Part shown: positions 56,043-63,415 of the stretch, piece by piece
Position numbering within the stretch: the stretch's first letter is position 1
Layout of the letters: the number at the start of each line of letters is the position of its first letter
Assembly: GCA_027858315.1 (NCBI GenBank)
Contig: JAQICV010000041.1
Coordinates: 1 to 63,415, forward strand
DNA: 63,415 bases
From: Candidatus Woesearchaeota archaeon
GTDB taxonomy: Archaea > Nanobdellota > Nanobdellia > Woesearchaeales > UBA583
Direction: 5' to 3'
The notes under the pieces: model-generated
The model's database searches: none
Told to the model about the DNA's origin: nothing
The model's input: the letters and a program-made list of their open reading frames with translations, nothing else
Translations under genes and position numbers: made by a program

Positions 56043-56398
56043 TTTTTATTATCACCTGAAGAATTATCATTTAGGTTATATTTCTTATTTAAATCTCTAA
56101 TAATATTTTTACAATCTAGATTTTCTTCAATACAAATAGTTGAAAGAGGTTTCCTTTTATCATAAAAACTCAAATCTATATTTAATTCATTTTTGAAATC
56201 AACCTCAAATCTACTCTCAATAGATTTAATATTCATCCAATCTTCTATCTTTTGTGTAGATTCATCTTGATTAAAATAATCTTTATGCAAATCCCACATT
56301 TGATACTTATTATAAGTTTTAAAAGAAAATAGTGAAATCAAACCTAAAATAATAATTAATAAAACTATCAAAAATATTAATTTTTTCTTTTTATTCAT
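56039..56398 (-). CDS. hypothetical membrane-anchored protein
   Basis: 119 aa with an N-terminal TM; 4-nt overlap with DedA. Confidence 0.45.
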   Translation of the reverse strand: MNKKKKLIFLIVLLIIILGLISLFSFKTYNKYQMWDLHKDYFNQDESTQKIEDWMNIKSIESRFEVDFKNELNIDLSFYDKRKPLSTICIEENLDCKNIIRDLNKKYNLNDNSSGDNKK

Positions 56399-56450
56399 AA
56401 TTAATTATTTCATTAAATCTTTATAAATTATTTTAATTATATTTATATAT

Positions 56451-56843
56451 TTACAAAACATCGCTAATTCTTTTCTTTTTTATTAAAACTGATTGTCCTA
56501 TATAATCATTAATAATATCTTCATCAATTTCTTCTGCATGTTTAAATTTGACATATTTTATCTTATCTTCACTTTTTTTATCAAATATTTTATATCTATC
56601 AACTATTAAGTCTCCATGTCCAAATGAAAGCTTAACATAATCTTTTATAGGAAAAATTCCAATAATATATCCCGATATTGGATGATGGTAGAGTATGCTT
56701 TTCAATTCAAAATTGACCTTTTCTTCAATATCTTCATACTTTTTATAAATTATTTTCCTTAAAGTTTTAATAATATCAATAACTTCAAAGTTATAATCTG
56801 CTAAAAAATCCACTAAATCTGGGTTCTCACTAATTTTTTTCAT
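56451..56843 (-). CDS. hypothetical protein (possibly DUF1801/YdhG-like)
   Basis: 130 aa; the family assignment rests on overall pattern only. Confidence 0.35.
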   Translation of the reverse strand: MKKISENPDLVDFLADYNFEVIDIIKTLRKIIYKKYEDIEEKVNFELKSILYHHPISGYIIGIFPIKDYVKLSFGHGDLIVDRYKIFDKKSEDKIKYVKFKHAEEIDEDIINDYIGQSVLIKKKRISDVL

Positions 56844-56947
56844 TAGATGATATGGATTTTGTAAATTATATACTTATCGTTTTATTCTTTCAAATATCTC
56901 AAATTTTAAGGAATAACTAAAAATATTTCAATTAATTTCAAATTACC

Positions 56948-57301
56948 TTACTCAAATATTGATTCCTTCCTAAATTTTTTAGTCAGTAGATAGTAAAATA
57001 CTGCTCTATTCTTTCTTCCATGATTCTTAAGTTTATCACGGACTTCCATAATTGCTTTATCAAGTTTATCTTCAGAAAGTTCTTCTAAACCTAACTTTAT
57101 TTTTAAAAAATTATGTTTCACTGTTTCTAGTTCCTTTTCATCACCACATGAAACTAACTCAGCATCTGCATTATATATACTTGGCCCAAGATATGTTGTA
57201 ATTTTAAACAACAAGTTTTGGTCAATATCTTCTCCTAAATCTTTAAGTTGAGTATTATATTTTTCTATTTTTTTTGTTTTTTCCATCTTTTCATCACTCA
57301 T
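56948..57301 (-). CDS. DUF2853 family protein
   Basis: 'YLGPSIYNADAELVS' and 'NRAVFYYLLTKKF'; paralog of 42043..42531. Confidence 0.65.
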   Translation of the reverse strand: MSDEKMEKTKKIEKYNTQLKDLGEDIDQNLLFKITTYLGPSIYNADAELVSCGDEKELETVKHNFLKIKLGLEELSEDKLDKAIMEVRDKLKNHGRKNRAVFYYLLTKKFRKESIFE

Positions 57302-57365
57302 GTTATATGAATTTAGAATTTATAAAACTAACTTTTATAAACCTCGTTCTCCTGAAACTACTATC

Positions 57366-57716
57366 ATGGCATTAACAGAAGTTACACTAACGATTTTAAT
57401 AGTTTTTCTATTAATTGTAATATCTTCATTACCTCTATACCTTGCAGCAAAAACTTTTGGAGGAAAAACTACTATTTTAAAAACATTTTTTGTAATGATA
57501 CTAGTCAGTATTCTTACAATTTTTGCTCAAGCAATTTTTAGAATATATGGAACAATTATAGCATTCATCCTAGTGTTAATTGTATTTAAAGAATTATTTC
57601 ATCTAAGTTTAGGAAAAGCATTTTTAGTATGGATATTTTGGTTAATTTTTGTAATATTATTCACATTTATTTTTTCAATACTAGGTTTAAGCTTCTTTGC
57701 AATAACATTATTTTGA
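57366..57716 (+). CDS. hypothetical membrane protein (4 TM)
   Basis: Start moved to the ATG at 57366 (MALTEVTLTIL...), with the TATA at 57334-57342. Confidence 0.5.
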   Translation: MALTEVTLTILIVFLLIVISSLPLYLAAKTFGGKTTILKTFFVMILVSILTIFAQAIFRIYGTIIAFILVLIVFKELFHLSLGKAFLVWIFWLIFVILFTFIFSILGLSFFAITLF

Positions 57717-59099
57717 TTCAATTTTATCTTTTATTTTTTTATACATATTAAAACATCTCTCCGAATTCTCAATATCTCCCTTTTCTCTATAAATCTTGTA
57801 TAGTTGTAAATATATCTTGAAATTTTCTTTATCAATATCTAGAGCATTATTATAATTTTTAATTGCAAGTTCAATGTTTTTCCTCCTCTCAGCAATTAAA
57901 CCTTTGTAATAATAACATTCAGAATTATTAGGATTTAATCTCAAACAATTATTAAATTCTATTTCTGATTCTTCAAACTTATTCTCTAAAAGAAATATTT
58001 CTGCTTTTTCAAAATAGGCATCCTCAAATTTAGGGTTAATTTCAATTACTTTATTGTAACTTTTAATTGCAAGTGAATAATCTTTTTTTATTTTATACAC
58101 ATTCCCAATTCCTTGATATGCTAAAAACAAATTTTTATCTCTATCTAGAGATTTTTCATAATTAGATATAGCTTTTTCATAATTTAGCAGTTTTTCATAA
58201 ATAAGTCCTAAAAAATAAAATATTTGTGGATTATCATTTCCTAGTTCAAGTGATTTATTCAAATCCGAAATAGCATTTTCATAATTTCGAATATAATCTT
58301 TTTTATCCTCATCATCATTATATTTTGAAAACTCAATTTTAATATCTTCTTTTTTCTCCTTAATTTCATCATCACTATCTAATCTAATCTTTTTTATTGA
58401 AGTAATATCTTCTTTTCTTTGATTATCTTTTAGTTCTTTTGAGAAATTAACTTTGACAATTTCATCATCTTCTTTAAATTTTTTATTATCTTCAATAATT
58501 TTCACAAATTTATCATGAAATTTTTTATAATCATCTTCATCAAGGTTTTTTTTATTTGAAAGTTCTTTCTTAAATTTAATTTTCTCACTCCAATCATATT
58601 TTTGTTCTAATTCTTTTTTATCTTCTTTCTCTTTTAGTGTTCTCTTAATTTCCATATCTTTTTTATAATAATCTTCTTCTTCTTTCTCAATTTCTACTCT
58701 CGTAGTTTTTTTATTATTTTCAAATGTTTTATTATCTTCACTAATATCATTGTTATTATTATCTTCTAGATTTTTAAGAATTGTTTTAATATGTTTAAGT
58801 TCTTTTTCTAGTTCTTTTTTTCTCTTAGAATTCTTATTCTCTTCTTTGAAAAGTTTCTCTAAGACTATAAAATCCTTTTTTGCATTTTTTAAGTCTCCTA
58901 AATCCTTATATAAAATTCCTCTTTTGTAATAAGCTTCAGTAAATGTTGGGTCAAGTTCAATAACTTTATTAAAATTTTCAATTGCCCTTTCTCTAAATCC
59001 TAAATATGTATTTGCAAGCCCTCTCTCAAAGTAATTTTCAACAAGTTCCTTAGTATTATCTAAAGTAAATATATTTTTGAACTTATTGAAAAAATCCAT
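57708..59099 (-). CDS. TPR-repeat protein with a central Lys/Glu/Asp-rich region
   Basis: N-terminal and C-terminal TPR units ('A..N...A.ELDP.F.EAYY.RG', 'A...Y.K.IEINPKFEDAYF') flank about 170 aa of charged low-complexity sequence. Confidence 0.8.
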   Translation of the reverse strand: MDFFNKFKNIFTLDNTKELVENYFERGLANTYLGFRERAIENFNKVIELDPTFTEAYYKRGILYKDLGDLKNAKKDFIVLEKLFKEENKNSKRKKELEKELKHIKTILKNLEDNNNNDISEDNKTFENNKKTTRVEIEKEEEDYYKKDMEIKRTLKEKEDKKELEQKYDWSEKIKFKKELSNKKNLDEDDYKKFHDKFVKIIEDNKKFKEDDEIVKVNFSKELKDNQRKEDITSIKKIRLDSDDEIKEKKEDIKIEFSKYNDDEDKKDYIRNYENAISDLNKSLELGNDNPQIFYFLGLIYEKLLNYEKAISNYEKSLDRDKNLFLAYQGIGNVYKIKKDYSLAIKSYNKVIEINPKFEDAYFEKAEIFLLENKFEESEIEFNNCLRLNPNNSECYYYKGLIAERRKNIELAIKNYNNALDIDKENFKIYLQLYKIYREKGDIENSERCFNMYKKIKDKIESK

Positions 59100-59210
59100 A
59101 TTATTTTATTATAAACTCATTTTATATTCTTTCTTCCAATTTTTTAGGAGTGACTTTTACTATTAAGATTATTTAGGAACAATTATAAATAATTATCATA
59201 AGTAAAGTGT

Positions 59211-59447
59211 ATGGTCGATTATTTAGCATTAAAAATATTATTCATTATGCTCGTCGTATTTCTTGTAATCTGGGATATGACTTGGAAAGCTATAGGAATG
59301 TGGAAAGCAGGTAGAAACAATCAATTGGTTTGGTTTGTTTTCATATTCATTCTAAATACAGCAGGAATTTTACCAATAGTTTATATCTTCTTTTTTCAAA
59401 GAAATATGAATAAAAAAATAAAAACTAAAATCAAAACCAAAAAGTAA
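59211..59447 (+). CDS. small membrane protein (DUF5652-like)
   Basis: 'WKAIGMWKAGRNNQLVWFVFIFILNTAGILPIVYIFFF'; 2 TM helices and a basic tail. Confidence 0.5.
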   Translation: MVDYLALKILFIMLVVFLVIWDMTWKAIGMWKAGRNNQLVWFVFIFILNTAGILPIVYIFFFQRNMNKKIKTKIKTKK

Positions 59448-59548
59448 AGATTTTTCATTAAAATACTCCATTTTTTAATATGAGTATAAAATAAATACTC
59501 CAATAGATATTCTAAAAATAACCAAAAATTAACCTAATAATTTTAGAT

Positions 59549-60862
59549 TTATTTTTTAATCACAGGATAAAGTGTTTTATTAAAAAATCCTTTAACTAAG
59601 TTCTTCTCAGCAAGGAAAATAAAAATTGAAGTAAAGATAATACTAATAACTACAACGCTTAAAACAACATTAACAAAATTAGCAGCTGCTCCATTTAGAA
59701 CCTCCGATTGAACACTTAATTGAGCTAGAACTGCTGCAGCTAATCCTTTAGGGATAAGACTCTCTAAAAATAATCTATCTTTTTCTAAATCCTTATCTTT
59801 TAAAAAAACCATCTTAACTGCAAAAGGTCTAATTAAATAAATTCCAAATGTGATAATGAAACCCCAAACAAAAATGAATGGGTCTGAAAATTCAATTAAA
59901 ATTCCTAAATATACAAAGAAAAATATCTTTAAGAAAAATGAAATCTCTGAAAAAATCACTTTAGCATTATTAGATAAAACTCTTTTATTAGCCCTCAAAT
60001 CCAATATTTCGTCCTTTTTATCATGACTCCTAAATCTTGCTGCTCTTTTCTCAATTTGCTCATCTTTATTCTTATTCATAAAACCTAAAATTGATCTAGA
60101 ATTTCCTAAAATCAAACCAAAAGTTAAAGCTCCTATAGCTCCAGATGCACTAACAAAAGGACTCTCTATAAATGCATAAAGTCCAACAACTAATCCTATA
60201 GTTAGAATATGCATATCAATTAACTCTTCAAATTTACTCATTAAAACAATCCAGATCATACCAAAAATTGTAGCAACAATAATTGCCATAGAAAATGAAG
60301 ATAAGACACTCTTAAAAATTCCACTTGCAACAATTTGGCCAGTCTCAAGAATTTGAAGAAGTGTAATAACACTAATAATTCCTAAAACATCTGTAATAGC
60401 GCTCTCTAGTGTCAAAACATTCCCGAATCTTTCTCTAATTGAGATATTTTGGATAAGAGGAATAACAACAGCTGAAGAAGTTCCACCTAAAACCATTCCA
60501 CAAAGTAAAGCAATAGTCCATGATTGAAATAAGCCATATGTAATAAGAGTTACAACAGCTATTGTCAAAAGAAAATGAACAATTGTAAGACTAAGAGTTT
60601 TTGGTAAAACTTTAATTAAACTTCTAAAATCAATACTAAGTGCTCCTTGAAACAATAAAAAAACAAGTGCAAAAGTTGTAAAAATTCCTGCAATACTCAC
60701 AAATGATTCTGGAGTTACAATCTTAAAATAATATCTTAAAGCTATACCTGTTCCAATTAAAAACAAAACATCAGGGATATTAGTCTTTTTGAAAATCCAC
60801 TCACTTAAGTAGCCTAGAAAAATAATTCCCGAAATAATTGCAAAAATATAAATTACATCCAT
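59549..60862 (-). CDS. cation:proton antiporter (Na+/H+ exchanger family)
   Basis: 437 aa, about 11-12 TM helices; 'TLESAITDVLGI' and 'LILGNS' motifs. Confidence 0.7.
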   Translation of the reverse strand: MDVIYIFAIISGIIFLGYLSEWIFKKTNIPDVLFLIGTGIALRYYFKIVTPESFVSIAGIFTTFALVFLLFQGALSIDFRSLIKVLPKTLSLTIVHFLLTIAVVTLITYGLFQSWTIALLCGMVLGGTSSAVVIPLIQNISIRERFGNVLTLESAITDVLGIISVITLLQILETGQIVASGIFKSVLSSFSMAIIVATIFGMIWIVLMSKFEELIDMHILTIGLVVGLYAFIESPFVSASGAIGALTFGLILGNSRSILGFMNKNKDEQIEKRAARFRSHDKKDEILDLRANKRVLSNNAKVIFSEISFFLKIFFFVYLGILIEFSDPFIFVWGFIITFGIYLIRPFAVKMVFLKDKDLEKDRLFLESLIPKGLAAAVLAQLSVQSEVLNGAAANFVNVVLSVVVISIIFTSIFIFLAEKNLVKGFFNKTLYPVIKK

Positions 60863-61029
60863 GGTAAATTAAAATGAAATGAGTTTATAAATTTTTTTGA
60901 CTTCAAAAAAATTCTGCTCAGTCATCTTTGATTACAGACAAACTTTTTTTACTTCAAATAAAGTTCTATTTAGAAATCTTAGATTTCATGTAAATTTGAG
61001 TTGTTATTGAATTAGATATAAAACATTTT

Positions 61030-61875
61030 CTATTTATACATATCAAAGAAACTACTCTTTAATATTTTTCCGTTCTCTAAAATAATTAATATTTCAATAT
61101 TTTTATACTTCTCATCAAATTCTATCTTTTTCAAAACATCTTCAGAATTAAGTTGAATAAAATAAGTTCCAAGAGCATCAAGTTCATAACATTTATCTTT
61201 TTCTGAAATAAGTGTAATAGTATAAATATCACTTTTATTTCCTAAAATATGAGAACCAAATTTATATTTTTGTTTATCATGACCAGAAGTTATAATTGAA
61301 CCTCTCTTCATATCAACATATTCTTGTTCAATAATTTTATTTTCAAAAGGGTTGTTAATATAAATCCTTATTTTCTTAGAAGAATCAAGAACAATATCTC
61401 CTCTTGCATCAATATAAATATTGGACTTATCATATTTTTTTTTAATCAAATTAAGAATTACATCAATAATATACCCTTTAACAAAACCACCTAAATCAAG
61501 TTCAATATCAGAATTAAGTTTTATTTTTCCATTTTCAAAAATAATTATAGAATCAATATCTAAATTTAATCCCTCTTTAACTTTAGAATTAGTTTTCCTA
61601 TCCCTAATATCTTTTCCTAAAAAAATATTAAACAATCCATTTGTCTTTGAATAAAATTCCATTCCCTTTTCAAGAATAAATTTAAATTCAGAATCATTTT
61701 CAATATCCTTATTTAAATTCAATTTTGAGAGCATGCTCTCATCATCAAAAAAATTAAATTTGTTAATCAATTTTTGCATCTCAAAGAAACCATATTCAAT
61801 AACTTTCTTATCATTTTCAGAATTGTTAATTTCAATGCTAACATTTCCACCCATAAGTTTTTTAGTTATAATCAT
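61030..61875 (-). CDS. ApbE-like FAD:protein FMN transferase
   Basis: 'KLMGGNVSIEI' (cf. MGT), 'LDLGGFVKGYIIDV', 'YIDARGDIVL' and 'SIITSGHDKQKY' line up with ApbE motifs. No signal peptide. Confidence 0.55.
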   Translation of the reverse strand: MIITKKLMGGNVSIEINNSENDKKVIEYGFFEMQKLINKFNFFDDESMLSKLNLNKDIENDSEFKFILEKGMEFYSKTNGLFNIFLGKDIRDRKTNSKVKEGLNLDIDSIIIFENGKIKLNSDIELDLGGFVKGYIIDVILNLIKKKYDKSNIYIDARGDIVLDSSKKIRIYINNPFENKIIEQEYVDMKRGSIITSGHDKQKYKFGSHILGNKSDIYTITLISEKDKCYELDALGTYFIQLNSEDVLKKIEFDEKYKNIEILIILENGKILKSSFFDMYK

Positions 61876-61942
61876 TTTATTTTTAAAAATTAAGTATTAA
61901 GAAATTATATTTAAATAGAGATTTAAAATTAGATTAATTTTT

Positions 61943-62941
61943 TTAATCAAAATTAAATTCTTCAGGACTCTTTAATAATTGTGTTGCTTTATAGCATAAA
62001 AGAACCGGATTATTCTCATTTTCTAACATAAGTTCTTTAAGTGAAGGATTACTTTCAACCATTTTAAATTTTTTAAGCTCTACAAGTTTTTTAATATTCC
62101 TAATAAACCATGCGTTTTGATCTAGTGTAGTTTCATTTTTTTCAAAAGCATCCAACTTTCTAATACCAATATATTGAATATTTTTACCATTAATAATCTC
62201 GTGTTTAGATTTTGTATCAATTTTCTCAAAAACATTTTCCCTACCAAAAATATCTTTAATTTTATCAAGAATATACTTTTCATGAATTGGGTGGTCTTCT
62301 TTTATCTCGAAAACATCATCTTCAACATCAGATTGGGATTCTTTTTCTTCTTCTTTTGTAGATGTTTCTTCAATTATTACTTCGTTATTCTCTTTAGAAG
62401 TAGTCTCAATTTCAATTTCATTTAAATTTTCATCAACTTTAGGTTCTTCAACATCATCTTTTGTAGTAGAAAATTCTTCTTCGATTTTATTGACATCATC
62501 TATTTCTTGGATTTCAAAAGGTTCTTCATTAGAGATATCATGTGTATCCTCAACATCTTCAATTTTTTCTTTATCTAAATCGTCATCAGTAATTGGTTCT
62601 TCAATTTCAATTTCTTCAACTTGATTATTAGATTTTTCAACACTAATGTACTCTTCAGGACTATTATCTTCTTCAGAATTTTCATAATGAGTAGACAATG
62701 TTCCTTCTTTTTTGTCAAGTAAAAGTCTTAATTGTTTAATTTCTGAAAAATTTAGTTTTTCAACAATAGATTCTAATTCCAAATTTCCGGATTCTACAAC
62801 TTTAGTAATAGGAGAACTAGGAACTTCTTCTTCTACTTCTTTTTCTTTATCATCACCTTTAAGAATTGTACTAAGTTTAACCTTATCTTCTTCTGAGAGC
62901 TCATGATTCTCTTTTGATAAAAACTTTTTAAAAAAACCCAT
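61943..62941 (-). CDS. highly acidic hypothetical protein with a conserved-looking C-terminal domain
   Basis: 332 aa: a long Glu/Asp-rich segment, then about 110 aa of non-repetitive sequence. Confidence 0.45.
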   Translation of the reverse strand: MGFFKKFLSKENHELSEEDKVKLSTILKGDDKEKEVEEEVPSSPITKVVESGNLELESIVEKLNFSEIKQLRLLLDKKEGTLSTHYENSEEDNSPEEYISVEKSNNQVEEIEIEEPITDDDLDKEKIEDVEDTHDISNEEPFEIQEIDDVNKIEEEFSTTKDDVEEPKVDENLNEIEIETTSKENNEVIIEETSTKEEEKESQSDVEDDVFEIKEDHPIHEKYILDKIKDIFGRENVFEKIDTKSKHEIINGKNIQYIGIRKLDAFEKNETTLDQNAWFIRNIKKLVELKKFKMVESNPSLKELMLENENNPVLLCYKATQLLKSPEEFNFD

Positions 62942-63041
62942 ATATTTTTCACAGTTGATTTCTTTTAAAATATATTGTATTAGTTAAAGGTAGTGTCAAT
63001 CATAAAAATTAAAAATTAAAACATACTTTTCCAATTTCAGA

Positions 63042-63242
63042 TTAGTAAGTATATATTTTTTTTTTCATAATTTCAAGTATTTTTTTCTCTTCTTTTTTGT
63101 TTAAATTATTAAATTTTTCCTTATGTTTAGACCTTGCATGTTTAATCATTTTTTCTACAACTTCTTCATCACTATTACCTGTTGCAATAAAATAATCTTC
63201 TGCACCTAAATCACAACAATTTAAAGCTTTCATTTGTATCAC
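63042..63242 (-). CDS. DUF1059-like small protein
   Basis: 66 aa; 'CCDLGAEDYFIATGNSDEEVVEKMIKHARSKH' resembles the DUF1059 pattern. Confidence 0.45.
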   Translation of the reverse strand: MIQMKALNCCDLGAEDYFIATGNSDEEVVEKMIKHARSKHKEKFNNLNKKEEKKILEIMKKKIYTY

Positions 63243-63415
63243 CTGTAATTTATTTTGGATACATAGTCTGATTTTTATAATTTATAAATTTAACTAAAAT
63301 TTGGCTTCATCCGATTGAGTATAAACAACAACTAATTATCTATTTTTATCTAAAAATTTATTTTTTGAATAAAAAATCTAAATTGAAAATTTAGAATAAA
63401 AGAAATATTCTTATG

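Noticed and set aside
60863-61029. Repeated 'acttcaaa' words in the spacer between the antiporter and ApbE genes.
   Set aside because: They are only two short, AT-rich copies, which is compatible with chance.
1-63415. CRISPR arrays, transposases/IS elements, toxin-antitoxin pairs or recognisable defence systems.
   Set aside because: There are no regularly spaced direct repeats in any spacer and no DDE, HUH, Cas, restriction-modification or TA-like motifs in any ORF. The only tandem repeats are in-frame coding repeats inside the S8 protease.

Overview
Visibly AT-rich (roughly 30% G+C by eye, not computed), densely packed archaeal chromosome segment. The gene content looks like a small-genome DPANN-type archaeon; that lineage call is an inference. 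Archaeal core markers: Orc1/Cdc6, a PriS-type primase, the PolD small subunit, RNase HII, Rpo4/RpoF, r-proteins eL21, eS8, eL15 and eL18, a uL3-uL4-uL23-uL2-uS19-uL22-uS3-uL29-aSUI1 operon, GatB and an archaeal-type AlaRS. Three RNA genes are not in the ORF track: a lone 5S rRNA (4747-4858), an initiator-like tRNA-Met(CAT) (50831-50905) and an RNase P RNA on the minus strand (13178-13488), recognised from its CR-I and CR-V motifs. Nearly every gene has a TTTATAAA-like TATA box 22-32 nt upstream of its start codon. This implies mostly leaderless mRNAs and lets seven over-extended ORF-track starts be corrected. Scattered among the core genes are bacterial-type signalling and envelope genes: an intact GGDEF diguanylate cyclase, a stand-alone HD-GYP-like protein, an SLT lytic transglycosylase, an RsbW-like kinase, CspA, ApbE, DedA and two DUF2853 paralogs. 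There is also a large extracellular repertoire: a pilin-like protein, a three-gene sequon-rich surface-protein cluster, a 1626-aa membrane-anchored subtilase, a Lon-like S16 membrane protease and secreted Cys-rich proteins. Main leads: (1) a possible c-di-GMP module in an archaeon; (2) AlaRS truncated before its editing domain, suggesting a split gene; (3) a murein-type lytic transglycosylase; (4) recurring G-containing motifs next to the TATA boxes of several envelope genes; (5) a duplicated C-terminal anchor fragment that differs from its parent only at synonymous sites; (6) two decayed genes, one with an in-frame TAA and one with a frameshift plus deletion. No CRISPR array, transposase, integrase or reverse transcriptase was seen.
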